Both the position numbers and the translations under genes were made by a program. DNA of 64,000 nt from an uncultured delta proteobacterium (lineage in GTDB: Bacteria; Myxococcota; Kuafuiibacteriia; Kuafuiibacteriales; Kuafuiibacteriaceae): the NCBI GenBank assembly GCA_963803435.1, contig CAWDML010000001.1, forward strand, positions 2,752,001 to 2,816,000, given 5' to 3'. Below, in pieces: positions 9,932 to 19,578 of this stretch (positions are counted from its first letter, which is position 1; each line of letters begins with the position of its first letter). The notes beneath the pieces were generated by a model. That model did no database searches and was not told where the DNA came from. It saw only the letters and a program-made list of their open reading frames with translations.

Positions 9932-10963
9932 ATGCGCGCCATGCTTCGGCTTGCGGCTCCGCTCACCCTGACGATCGCCTTGCTCTTCGCAGCCCGCCCC
10001 GCTGACGCGTGCGTCCCACCGTTGCCCGGCTTCTACGCGACGCGGCCGGAGTCCGGCGCGAGCCTGCCGCTCAACGCGAAGATCGTGCTGCTCGGCTACG
10101 ACGTCGGCACGGCACAGGTGACCGTCACCCAGGGCGACACGGACTTCGTGCTCACGCCCGACGTCCAGAACGGGATCATCACCGTCGACCTCGGCGGGCT
10201 CGGCCTGCTCGGTGACATCACGCTCTACGCCACCTCCACGCAGCCAGGGGCGATGTCGGTGACCGCCAACTTCGTGGTGACGAGCACCGCCGACACGACG
10301 CGGCCGGACTTCAAGGGGGTCGATTCGCTCTCATACGAATGGTTCGACGAGGAGCCGGGGCTCTGCCAGGTCGGCGGATTCCAGGTGCGGGCGCAGATCA
10401 CGCCGGCCACCGACGACTTCGGTGTCATCTACTACCAGCTCTTCGAGGTACTCCCGAACGACGCGCTGATCTTCGCCGGCATCGCGTACCACTCCGACAC
10501 CGGGCCTCTCTCGATCTTCGCGCATCCTGGGGTCGACGAGGGCACGCGCTGCTACCTGGCGATCGCCACGGACGTCGCCGGCAACACGGCTCCGCAGGTC
10601 ACGCGGGGAGGCACCTGCATCGACCTGAGGCGCGAGGGGGTCGACGCCGGCTCGGACGACCTCGGCTCAGCCGACGACTCCCAGGTCCGCTTCGACGCAG
10701 GTGCGGTGGACTCGGGCTCCCGCGACACCGGCGTCCGCGCCGACTCCGGAAGCGGGAGCCTCGAGCTCGACCGCGACCGCGGCTGTGGCTGCAGCGCGAC
10801 GCCGGTCGAGGGCGCGAGCGGCCTCTCGCTCTTCGTGCTGATCCTCGGCCTCGCCCTCAGTCGAAGCGGAAGAGCGGCCCGCCGAACACGTGCAGCGTGT
10901 TCCGGTTGTTCCCCTCCTCGAGCAGCATCCGGTAGTTCGCCTGTACGAAGATCTCGAAGTTAG
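9932..10963 (+). CDS. Secreted protein with MYXO-CTERM sorting signal
   Basis: Signal peptide; Asp/Gly/Ser-rich linker; GCGCS + hydrophobic segment + Arg-rich tail. Confidence 0.75.
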   Translation: MRAMLRLAAPLTLTIALLFAARPADACVPPLPGFYATRPESGASLPLNAKIVLLGYDVGTAQVTVTQGDTDFVLTPDVQNGIITVDLGGLGLLGDITLYATSTQPGAMSVTANFVVTSTADTTRPDFKGVDSLSYEWFDEEPGLCQVGGFQVRAQITPATDDFGVIYYQLFEVLPNDALIFAGIAYHSDTGPLSIFAHPGVDEGTRCYLAIATDVAGNTAPQVTRGGTCIDLRREGVDAGSDDLGSADDSQVRFDAGAVDSGSRDTGVRADSGSGSLELDRDRGCGCSATPVEGASGLSLFVLILGLALSRSGRAARRTRAACSGCSPPRAASGSSPVRRSRS

Positions 10964-11363
10964 AGACGATCTGAACCGAGACGCCGACGAGCGCGCCCAC
11001 GTGGACGTCGATGTCCGTCGAGGTCGTGAGTCCGCCAGTGACGCCGACGAAGATCCCCACCGGATCGATCGGGATGACGAACTTGAACGACAGCGAGATG
11101 TCCGTGTACGGATCCTCGTTGTCGAAGCCCTCGATCTTCGGTCGCACGCCGTACACGATGGCCGACGGCGTGATCGTGAACGTGGAGATGATCGGGATGT
11201 CGACGAAGAATCCCCAGGCGAGCGTCGGCTTGTAAGGGACGTCTCCGGAGTGCGGCAGCGCTACGCCGGCCGCGGCGCCCAACCCGACAGCTCGCGGGTT
11301 GGCCTGCGCCAGCCCGGGGACCAGCACGAGGAGGAGGGCGGTGAGGAGGAGGGGCCGACGCAT
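10857..11363 (-). CDS. Small outer-membrane beta-barrel protein
   Basis: Signal peptide, alternating beta-strand pattern, C-terminal FRFD. Confidence 0.75.
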   Translation of the reverse strand: MRRPLLLTALLLVLVPGLAQANPRAVGLGAAAGVALPHSGDVPYKPTLAWGFFVDIPIISTFTITPSAIVYGVRPKIEGFDNEDPYTDISLSFKFVIPIDPVGIFVGVTGGLTTSTDIDVHVGALVGVSVQIVSNFEIFVQANYRMLLEEGNNRNTLHVFGGPLFRFD

Positions 11364-11458
11364 CGAACGTGACCATGGCGAAGGCCGCGCACCCGAGCAA
11401 GAAAGTGATCGCGCACCGCCACCGCCCCGGCGAAGCGCTCGACACCCCCGGGCGATCG

Positions 11459-12454
11459 ATGCTACCGAACTCGGTCGTGGAACGAGCGAAAGTCGTCATC
11501 ATCGGAAGCGGGCCGGCCGGCTATACGGCGGCGCTCTACGCGTCACGCGCCAACCTGGCGCCGATCCTGATCGAAGGCGGCTTCATCCCCGGGAACCAGT
11601 CGGTCCTCCCTGGCGGGCAGCTCATGATTACGACCGAGGTCGAGAACTACCCCGGGTTCCCGGAGGGGATCCAGGGCCCCGAGCTGATGGAGAAGCTCAA
11701 GGCGCAGGCGGAGCGGTTCGGGACCCGGATCATCCACGGCTTCGTCACCCGGGTGGACCTCTCCAAGCGGCCCTTCGCCGTCGAGGTGGAGTCGGAGCCC
11801 ACCTTCGAGGCCGAGGCCCTGATCGTGGCCACCGGCGCGGTGGCGAAGCTGCTCGAGATCCCGGGCGAGCGCAGCCTGATGGGTTACGGCGTGTCCGCGT
11901 GCGCGACCTGCGACGCCGCGTTCTTCCGCCAGAAGAAGGTCGTGGTGGTCGGGGGTGGCGACACCGCCATGGAGGAGGCCGGAGTCCTGGCGAAGTTCGC
12001 GAGCTCCGTCACCATCGTCCACCGGCGCGATCATCTGCGCGCGTCCAAGGTGATGCAGGATCGCGCCGCCAGAAACCCGAAGATCAGCTTCATCTGGGAT
12101 ACCGCGATCACCGAGGTGATCGGAAAACGTCCCGCAAAGCCGGGCGATCCCGGCGGTTTGGAGAGCGTGCGGGCGAAGAACGTACGGACCGGCGAGGAGA
12201 CCCTGCTCCCGACGGACGGGTTCTTCGTGGCCATCGGACACAAGCCGAATACCGAGCTGTTCGCCGGCCAGCTAGAACTGGAGGAGAACGGGTATATCAA
12301 GGTGCAGAAGGGGTCGACGCGGACCTCGGTGTCGGGCGTGTTCGCCTGCGGAGACGTCCAAGACAGCGTATACCGCCAGGCGGTGACCGCGGCGGGGACC
12401 GGCTGCATGGCGGCTCTGGACGCCGAGCGCTGGCTCGAAGCCCAAGAGCACTGA
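11459..12454 (+). CDS. trxB: Thioredoxin-disulfide reductase
   Basis: IIGSGPAGYTAA, GGQLMITTEVENYPGF, CATCD, GGGDTAMEEA, YRQAVTAAG. Confidence 0.96.
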   Translation: MLPNSVVERAKVVIIGSGPAGYTAALYASRANLAPILIEGGFIPGNQSVLPGGQLMITTEVENYPGFPEGIQGPELMEKLKAQAERFGTRIIHGFVTRVDLSKRPFAVEVESEPTFEAEALIVATGAVAKLLEIPGERSLMGYGVSACATCDAAFFRQKKVVVVGGGDTAMEEAGVLAKFASSVTIVHRRDHLRASKVMQDRAARNPKISFIWDTAITEVIGKRPAKPGDPGGLESVRAKNVRTGEETLLPTDGFFVAIGHKPNTELFAGQLELEENGYIKVQKGSTRTSVSGVFACGDVQDSVYRQAVTAAGTGCMAALDAERWLEAQEH

Positions 12455-12484
12455 TCCCGAGTAGTAGATCCTGAGAGCCGAGCG

Positions 12485-13258
12485 ATGAAAGCGATCTCCA
12501 TCCTGCTCGTCGGAAGCCTGCTCGCGGCCTGCGGCGACGGATCCGACGGCGGCCTGAGCAACATCGAGGAGCCCCCAAAGCGGGTGTGCGAGCGCGAGAC
12601 CTCCCCGCGAACCTACGAGATCTACTTCGTCCTCGACGTCTCGACGTCGATGGCGCCCTTCCTCAACGAGGTCAAGGACGAGCTGGTCTCGCTCTCCTTG
12701 AGCTTCCCCGAGTACGACGCCGACGGCCGGCGCACCCACGTCGACTACTACGTCGAGGGCTTCGTGAACGACCACAAGTGGTTCCCGGTCGGCGCCGAGC
12801 GAATGACCAGCCACATCGCGGTCCAGGCCGCCTTCGAGGAGGCAATCGAAGCCGGCTCGCACGGCAAGAACCTGACCCAGGACGCGCTCAACGCCGAGAC
12901 CACCGAGAACCTGCTCGACGCGATCGCGTCGGTGCTCGAGCGCGAGTCCACCGCCGAGGCGAAGCTCATGCTGATCGCCACCGACGCCGTCTTCGCCGAG
13001 GCCCCCACGGTGCTCTCGAACAACATCCACGTGCAATCGCACTACTCCGACATCAAGGACGCGCTCGCACAGCAAGGGTTCCGCGTGCACGTCTTCTCCC
13101 AGTCGGATGTCGACGGCCTCACCCGGATGTACGCGAACCAGCCGCCGCTCACCAGTCTCCAGGGATCGACGATCCACGATCTCGGCGAGCTGACGGGCTC
13201 GCGCGACTCCATCCGGCAGACCCTCACGGAAATCGCGGAAAACGCGGACTGCAACTGA
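12485..13258 (+). CDS. vWA-domain lipoprotein
   Basis: Lipobox LAAC; MIDAS-like FVLDVSTSM; LIATD. Confidence 0.75.
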   Translation: MKAISILLVGSLLAACGDGSDGGLSNIEEPPKRVCERETSPRTYEIYFVLDVSTSMAPFLNEVKDELVSLSLSFPEYDADGRRTHVDYYVEGFVNDHKWFPVGAERMTSHIAVQAAFEEAIEAGSHGKNLTQDALNAETTENLLDAIASVLERESTAEAKLMLIATDAVFAEAPTVLSNNIHVQSHYSDIKDALAQQGFRVHVFSQSDVDGLTRMYANQPPLTSLQGSTIHDLGELTGSRDSIRQTLTEIAENADCN

Positions 13259-13260
13259 CC

Positions 13261-13722
13261 ATGCGCACTCTCTGCTTTGCAAGCCTACTTGCACTGATCT
13301 GCTCGTGCGGAAGCGACAACGGCGGCACGCTGACGGACGGCGGCACGAACGACGGCAACACCGGCTGCGCGGTCGAGCCGACCTTCACCTCGATCCACGA
13401 CGACCTTTTGACCACCACGCGTTGCGCGATCCCGGGCTGCCATGCCTCGACCGTCCCGCAGGCCGATCTCGACTATCAGGCAGGCAAGCAGGCGGTGTAC
13501 GACGAGCTCCTGACGACCGGGACCTTCAACACGCTGGCCAACGGCCAGTTCCCGAACCGCGTGGTCGCGAACGATCCGGCGTCGAGCTACCTGTACGTGA
13601 AGGTGTCCGAGACGAACCCACCGGGGGGCGGCTCCGGTCGGATGCCCCCGGGGCTGCCACTGGCAGACTGCGAGATTCAGGCGATCCAGGAGTGGATTCA
13701 AAACGGCGCCATGAACGACTGA
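13261..13722 (+). CDS. Lipoprotein, putative cytochrome c with CX4CH motif
   Basis: Lipobox ICSC; PTFTSIH, CAIPGCH, SYLYVKV, RMPP, IQEWIQNGA. Confidence 0.7.
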   Translation: MRTLCFASLLALICSCGSDNGGTLTDGGTNDGNTGCAVEPTFTSIHDDLLTTTRCAIPGCHASTVPQADLDYQAGKQAVYDELLTTGTFNTLANGQFPNRVVANDPASSYLYVKVSETNPPGGGSGRMPPGLPLADCEIQAIQEWIQNGAMND

Positions 13723-13772
13723 ATTGTCATACAGGGAGCGCGATCACCCGCGTGAAGGGTTGACCGGCCCGC

Positions 13773-13788
13773 TGGTACTCTCCTTGCT
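13773..13788 (+). promoter_or_regulatory. sigma54-like promoter
   Basis: TGGTACTCTCCTTGCT (GG-N10-GC); implies the ATG at 13803 is the start. Confidence 0.55.
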
Positions 13789-13802
13789 CGATGCCCTCCC
13801 CC

Positions 13803-15260
13803 ATGACGCCCAGAACCATCACCCTGGCTCTCCTGCCGCTCCTCGCGCTGGCGTGCGGCCCCGGCCGCGAGCCGCCCTCCAACAATCAGCCGCCACCGCT
13901 GGTGAAGCTCGAGAAGACCTCGGCGCTGGAGGCCGCCAACCGAAATCTCCGGAGCGTCCTGGTCGGGGCCGCGCACGCCGGCCAGTTCGCGGAGGGCCAG
14001 GCGCTGCTGGGGGACCTGTTCCGGCTCGGCGATGACGTCGCGGTCTCCTGCCCCGAGGGCACCGACTGCCCGCAGCCCACCGAGCAGACCCTGGAAGACG
14101 AGGCGGCGGCGATGGCCGACGACCTGGCGGCGCGGATCCTCAACGTCGCCAACGTCGAGGTGGAGGAGGAGACGCGGATCGTGCTGGCGCTCGACCCGCA
14201 GCTCGCCTGCGCCGACGACGCGGGATGCAGCCAGGCGCTGGCGCAGATCCCGGTGCGGATCGAGCTGACCTCGCGACGTGAGAACGACATCGACCTCGCC
14301 CTCACCGTGGGCGCCTCGCCAGTGGCGACCGCGCAGCTGTACCGTGACCACCTGGCGGTCGACCTGGACCTGGGCGCGGCGATGGACGCCTCCACCGCGC
14401 TGGCGGCGGCCGGCGAGGGCTCGCTTCCCCAGGTCAGCGGGACGATCCGCGGCCGCATTCGACTCGAGCTCTCCGTCAACGGCGCGAACGATTACACACT
14501 GGCACTCTCGATCACCTCGCCGATCAACGTCGACGCCACCGTCAACGGCGAGACGCTCGCGATCGCGGTCGGTGTCGCGCAGCCGCTCGCCAGCCTCCGC
14601 ATCGACGGCGCCACGCCAAAGGTCGTCTTCGAGTCCAACAGCGGGCCGTTCGATCTGACCCTTCCGCTCGCGATCTTCGCCTCGCAGGAGGTCTCGAACG
14701 ACTGCCCGCCGGATTCGCCGGATTGCGTCCCCACCGAGCCCTCGCCGGCCCTCACCGGTACGCTCGGCCTGCACGTGGCGCCGAGCACCGCCAAGGTCAC
14801 GATCGACGCCGCCAACAGGATCGCGATCGATCGGCTGGTCGTGGGCGGCATGAACGCGACCTACGACGGCACGCAGATCGTCTCGCTGAGCGTGAACGGC
14901 GGGCAGCAGCTCAGCGCCGATGTCACCTCCGATGACTCCGGGGTGAGCGTCTCGGTCGCCCCGCAGCTGGACGTGCGCGCGACGATCGACCTCTCACCGC
15001 TGGCCGATCAGCTGACCGACGTCCCCGCGGCGAGCCTTCGCGATTCGCTGCAGCTCCTGCTCAACGGCGCGTCGACGCCCGCGGTCCGGTTCTCGGACTC
15101 GCAGGTCGAGGTGCTGCAAGGCCGATTGTCGCTCTCGTCCAGCGCGGCCGGCAGGACAGTGGTGGTGGAGGCCGGCAGGTGCCTCGAGAGCGTGGAGCCC
15201 GATCCGGACCAGACGAGCGAGCACGTGCTCGATCTGCTGGCGGAAGCGACCTGCCGCTAG
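13803..15260 (+). CDS. Hypothetical lipoprotein
   Basis: Long ORF with lipobox ALAC and beta-rich body. Confidence 0.75.
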   Translation: MTPRTITLALLPLLALACGPGREPPSNNQPPPLVKLEKTSALEAANRNLRSVLVGAAHAGQFAEGQALLGDLFRLGDDVAVSCPEGTDCPQPTEQTLEDEAAAMADDLAARILNVANVEVEEETRIVLALDPQLACADDAGCSQALAQIPVRIELTSRRENDIDLALTVGASPVATAQLYRDHLAVDLDLGAAMDASTALAAAGEGSLPQVSGTIRGRIRLELSVNGANDYTLALSITSPINVDATVNGETLAIAVGVAQPLASLRIDGATPKVVFESNSGPFDLTLPLAIFASQEVSNDCPPDSPDCVPTEPSPALTGTLGLHVAPSTAKVTIDAANRIAIDRLVVGGMNATYDGTQIVSLSVNGGQQLSADVTSDDSGVSVSVAPQLDVRATIDLSPLADQLTDVPAASLRDSLQLLLNGASTPAVRFSDSQVEVLQGRLSLSSSAAGRTVVVEAGRCLESVEPDPDQTSEHVLDLLAEATCR

Positions 15261-15261
15261 G

Positions 15262-16530
15262 CTAGAAAGCCGAGCACGGCGCAGGCCAGCGCTTCGCCTC
15301 CTCCAGCACGAACCCGGACAGGAAGTCCGCGATCACCGCGTTGCCCTCCGGCTTCAGGTGAAGGTGGTCCACGAAGAGAGCGTCCCCGCCGTGCTCGAGC
15401 AGCGCCGGCTGAGCATCGAGCATCGGGAGGCCGCGCCGCGCCAGGAATTGGCGCAACCTGCGTTGCGGTAAGAGCACGCGCTCGCGATCCAGCTCGAGTG
15501 CGCTCGGCCTCACCTGCTCGCGGACGGGAAAGAGCATCACGTAGAAGGGCAGGTGGCGCGCGTCGAGCTCGTTGGCGAGGCCGGCGAGGAGAGGCTCGGT
15601 GTCCCGCCATCCGTAGTCCTTCCAGGCGAGGAAGAGGTCCTCCCGATAGTCGAAGTTGAAGCGGGGGTGATCGCTCATCCGCGCCGTCAGCACCTCGAAC
15701 CCCAGCACCAGCTCGTGGGCGGCATAGCTCCAGCCGAAGACGTCGCCCAGGAGCCCGTGCGTGTCGAAGCGCGTCAGGCGCGCGTTGGGGTCGACGGCCA
15801 GCGTGCCCTCGGTCGACGGCCGGTGGAGATACGGCTGGTACAGATCGTTGAGCACGAAGCCGAGGAAGACGACGTCGGGGTCAAAGTCGTAGCCGTACTC
15901 GTGGAGGAGCTCGACCTCCTGGTAGGTGGTGTAGCCCGGCACGCCGGCGTTGATGACCTCGTAATGGTCGCCGAGCGCGGCGCGCATCCGGTCCTCGAGC
16001 GCCTCGAGGTAGGTGCCGCCTTCGGACAGGTCACCGAGATAGAGCAGCGAGTCGCCGAGGAAGAGCACGCGGCAGGTGCCGGGCGGCTTCGCGCCGATCT
16101 CGCGGTTCTTGAAGCCGAGGCTGTTGTTCTTGCCGCCGGGGGGCATGCGCCAGCGCAGGTTCGCGTCCTTCGCGGTGAGATACGGCATCGGCAGGCGGGG
16201 AAGCTCGAACGGCCAGGCGTCGACCTCCACGCGGAGGAGGAGCTCGGCGCCGGCGAAGAGCAGGAGCGAGAACGCGATCACGAAGACCGCGTACCCGAGC
16301 CGGAAGCGCGTGGTGCGCTCGGTGGAGGCGAGCGCACCTCCGGCGAGCAGGATGACCACGCCGACAATCGCCGCCAGGGCCTGGCGCGGTCCGATGTCCG
16401 GTCGCCCCCCAATCCCGAGCGCATCGGCTGCGATCGACACGATGGAGATCGCGGCACCCAGCACGATCAATCCGCGCCCGAGGGCGGGACGCTTGCTCTC
16501 CCGGTGAGAGCCGTCACCGGCGCCTGGCAT
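15262..16530 (-). CDS. Membrane-anchored SGNH/GDSL hydrolase
   Basis: N-terminal TM helices; LFLGDS, INAGVPGY, LND, DHLH. Confidence 0.85.
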   Translation of the reverse strand: MPGAGDGSHRESKRPALGRGLIVLGAAISIVSIAADALGIGGRPDIGPRQALAAIVGVVILLAGGALASTERTTRFRLGYAVFVIAFSLLLFAGAELLLRVEVDAWPFELPRLPMPYLTAKDANLRWRMPPGGKNNSLGFKNREIGAKPPGTCRVLFLGDSLLYLGDLSEGGTYLEALEDRMRAALGDHYEVINAGVPGYTTYQEVELLHEYGYDFDPDVVFLGFVLNDLYQPYLHRPSTEGTLAVDPNARLTRFDTHGLLGDVFGWSYAAHELVLGFEVLTARMSDHPRFNFDYREDLFLAWKDYGWRDTEPLLAGLANELDARHLPFYVMLFPVREQVRPSALELDRERVLLPQRRLRQFLARRGLPMLDAQPALLEHGGDALFVDHLHLKPEGNAVIADFLSGFVLEEAKRWPAPCSAF

Positions 16531-16603
16531 GCCTGTCGACCAGGTAGCCTCAAATCGACGCCGGTCTCAAGCGGACACTGCCCAGGGCGTCGAAGGAGAA
16601 CTC

Positions 16604-17188
16604 ATGCGACTCGTCCTGATCCTCACCGCGATCGCCCTGCCTCTGGCCGCCTGCTCATCGAACACCGAGACGAGCGTAGTCCACCCCCATACTCCGGCCG
16701 TCGAGCACCCCGACTGGGTGACCCGGGGCTCGGGCGCCTTCGGAGGCGACAGCAACAAGAAGATCTTCTACGGGGTGTCCTCGTCCACAGGGGTTCGCAA
16801 CCCGACGCTTGCGCGAACCACCGCCGACAACCGGGCCCGCGACGAGATCTCGAAGATCTTCGAGGTCTACTCGGCGTCGCTGATGAAGGACTATCAGGCA
16901 TCGACCACGGCCGGTGACTTCACCGCTACCTCGGACGAGCAGCACGTGGAGAGCGTGGTCAAGACGTTCACGGCCAACCACCTGAGCGGCATCGAGGTCG
17001 TCGATCACTGGATCCACCCGGTGGACGGGACGATCTACTCGCTGGCGAAGCTCGACATGGACGGCTTCGCCGAGCAGCTCGCCTCGATGAAAGAGCTCGA
17101 CGGCAAGGTCAAAGAGCAAGTGAAGCGGGCCGCCGAGAAGGCGTTCTCCGACCTCGAGGCCGAAGAAGCGAAGCACGCCCAGAAGTGA
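16604..17188 (+). CDS. LPP20-family lipoprotein
   Basis: GAAGGAG RBS, lipobox [23 protein letters not shown]. Confidence 0.75.
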   Translation: MRLVLILTAIALPLAACSSNTETSVVHPHTPAVEHPDWVTRGSGAFGGDSNKKIFYGVSSSTGVRNPTLARTTADNRARDEISKIFEVYSASLMKDYQASTTAGDFTATSDEQHVESVVKTFTANHLSGIEVVDHWIHPVDGTIYSLAKLDMDGFAEQLASMKELDGKVKEQVKRAAEKAFSDLEAEEAKHAQK

Positions 17189-19316
17189 CCTGGAACCGGC
17201 GGAGCATCAGGCTGCTCGAGAGGACCGTAATGCTCGAAAACGTCATGGCGCCGGCGGCGATCATCGGATCGAGCACTCCGAGCACCGCCAGCGGGATCGC
17301 GATGACGTTGTAGAAGAACGCCCAGAAGAGGTTGAGCTCGATGGTGCGGAAGGTCTTCCGCGCCAGCCCGATCGCGGTGACGACCAGCGCCGGATCGCCG
17401 GACATCAGGACGACCTCGCCCGCCTCGATGGCGGCGTCCGCGCCGGTCCCGACCGCGATGCCGAGATCGGCCTGGGACAGCGCCGGGGCATCGTTGATCC
17501 CGTCGCCGACGAACGCGACGATCCGACCGCTCTCCTGCAGCTTCTTCACCTCGAGCGCCTTCTGGTCGGGGAGCGTCTCGGCGACCACCGTCTCGATCCC
17601 GAGCGCCTTCGCGATGGCAGCGGCGGTCGCCCGATTGTCGCCGGTGATGAGGATGACCTCGACGCCGCTGGCCTGGAGCGTGCGCACGGTCTCTTCGGAC
17701 GAGGGCCGGAGCGTGTCCGCGACGGCGACCAGGCCGCGCGCTGCGCCGTCCCAGGCCACCACGAACACAGTCTTACCGGAGGCCTCCAGCCGGGCGAGGT
17801 CCGACTCGAGCGGGGCCGGGAGGGGCGCACCGGCAAAGCGCCGACGACCGACGCGCACCTCGGTGCCCTCGACCCGGGCCGAGACACCCAGCCCGGGCTC
17901 GGCCTCGAACGCGTCGATCGGCGAGAGCTCGCCTGCGTACGCCGCCACCACGGCCCGCGCGATCGGATGCTCGCTCCCCGACTCCACCGACGCCGCCCGC
18001 CGGAGCACCTCGCCGGAGTCATCGCCGCCGGCGACGACGACGTCGGTCAGCTCCATCCGGCCGCGGGTGAGGGTCCCGGTCTTGTCGAACACCACGGTGT
18101 CAATCCGCTTGCTGCGCTCGAAGACCTCGGCGCCGCGGAAGAGCACACCGAGCCGCGCGCCCACGCCCGAGCCCACCATGATGGCGGTCGGCGTGGCCAG
18201 GCCGAGCGCACAGGGGCAAGCGATGATCAGCACGGCGACGGCGTTCACCAGCGCGATCTCGACGCCGGCCCCTGCCAGCATCCATCCGGCGAAGGTGGCG
18301 ATCGCGACCGCGATGACGACGGGGACGAAGACACCCGCGACGCGATCGACCAGCCGCTGCACCGGCGCGCGCGAGGCCTGTGCGTCCTCCACCATCTTCA
18401 CGATGCGCGCGAGGGCGGTCTCGCCACCCACTTCGCCGGCGCGCACCACCAGCCGGCCCTGCTGGTTGAGCGTGGCGCCGAAGACGGCGTCGTCGGGGCG
18501 CTTGTCGACGGGCAGCGACTCGCCGGTGAGCATGCTCTCGTCAATCGAAGAGCGCCCCTCGACCACCACGCCGTCGGTCGCGATCTTCTCCCCGGGGCGC
18601 ACCACGAACAGCTCGCCCGGCTGCAGTGCGTCGATCGGGATCGAGACCTCGACGCCGTCGCGGAGGACCCGCGCCTCCTTGGCGCCGAGCTCGAGCAAGG
18701 TGGCCACCGCCGAGCTGGCGCGGCCCTTGGCGCGAGCCTCCAGCCAGCGGCCGAGGAGGATCAGCGTGACGATGACCGCGGCGGTCTCGAAGAAGACGTG
18801 CCGCCCGGCGAGCAGCGCCCACAGCGAGTACGAGAACGCGGTGAGCGTCCCCACGCTGACCAGCGTGTCCATGTTGGCGCTGAGGCTCGCCAGCCGCTGG
18901 GCGGCGATCCGGTGGAAGCTGCGGCCGAACCAGAACAGGACCGGCATCGTCAGCGCAGCTTGCACGATCCGCGACCAGGGCGCGTCGACGTGGGCCATCG
19001 CCAGCACGAACACCGGGAGGGTGAGGACAGCGCTCCCGAGGAACCGCCGCCGCATCGCGATCGCCTCGCTCCGATGGCGTTCGTCGGGCCGCGCATGCTC
19101 GTCCTCGGCGACGGGCTCCGCCGAGTAGCCGATCTTCGTGATCGCCTCGACCAGCTCGTCCGGCGATGTGCCTTCGGTTGTGGTGACGATCGCCTGTCCG
19201 GCGGCGAAGCTCACGCTGGCGCTCGACACGCCGGGCTTCTTCTCCAGCACGCGTTGCACCCGCGCCGCGCAGGACGCACAGGTCATGCCGCCGACGTTGA
19301 GACGAACCCGGTCCAC
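17109..19316 (-). CDS. copA: Cu(I)-translocating P1B-type ATPase
   Basis: [38 protein letters not shown] in TM. Confidence 0.95.
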   Translation of the reverse strand: MDRVRLNVGGMTCASCAARVQRVLEKKPGVSSASVSFAAGQAIVTTTEGTSPDELVEAITKIGYSAEPVAEDEHARPDERHRSEAIAMRRRFLGSAVLTLPVFVLAMAHVDAPWSRIVQAALTMPVLFWFGRSFHRIAAQRLASLSANMDTLVSVGTLTAFSYSLWALLAGRHVFFETAAVIVTLILLGRWLEARAKGRASSAVATLLELGAKEARVLRDGVEVSIPIDALQPGELFVVRPGEKIATDGVVVEGRSSIDESMLTGESLPVDKRPDDAVFGATLNQQGRLVVRAGEVGGETALARIVKMVEDAQASRAPVQRLVDRVAGVFVPVVIAVAIATFAGWMLAGAGVEIALVNAVAVLIIACPCALGLATPTAIMVGSGVGARLGVLFRGAEVFERSKRIDTVVFDKTGTLTRGRMELTDVVVAGGDDSGEVLRRAASVESGSEHPIARAVVAAYAGELSPIDAFEAEPGLGVSARVEGTEVRVGRRRFAGAPLPAPLESDLARLEASGKTVFVVAWDGAARGLVAVADTLRPSSEETVRTLQASGVEVILITGDNRATAAAIAKALGIETVVAETLPDQKALEVKKLQESGRIVAFVGDGINDAPALSQADLGIAVGTGADAAIEAGEVVLMSGDPALVVTAIGLARKTFRTIELNLFWAFFYNVIAIPLAVLGVLDPMIAAGAMTFSSITVLSSSLMLRRFQVTSGRASLLRPRGRRTPSRRPASLAL

Positions 19317-19317
19317 C

Positions 19318-19524
19318 TCAACCTTCGATCTCGTACCCTTGCTCTTCGATCGCCTGGACGATCGATGGGAACGCCTCGGGCGGATCGAAGGTGACGTCGA
19401 CCTGCCGCCTCTCCACGTCGACCTCGACCGCCGAGACGGCCTTCAGCTTGCTCACCGCGCCCTCAATCGTGGCCTTGCAGTGCCCACAGGAGATGTCGGG
19501 CACGGACAACGTCTTCCGGGTCAT
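19318..19524 (-). CDS. copZ: Copper chaperone (HMA domain)
   Basis: ISCGHC motif, 68 aa, directly upstream of copA. Confidence 0.9.
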   Translation of the reverse strand: MTRKTLSVPDISCGHCKATIEGAVSKLKAVSAVEVDVERRQVDVTFDPPEAFPSIVQAIEEQGYEIEG

Positions 19525-19530
19525 CGAGCC

Positions 19531-19561
19531 TAGTTAGAGACCCGACCCAGGGAGGGGTCAA
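19531..19561 (-). promoter_or_regulatory. Putative copper-responsive promoter/operator (CueR/MerR-like geometry)
   Basis: TTGACC-19 bp-TAACTA with imperfect dyad ACCCCTCCC-T-GGGTCGGGT just upstream of copZ. Confidence 0.5.
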
Positions 19562-19578
19562 GCGCACGCCGTTCGCGT

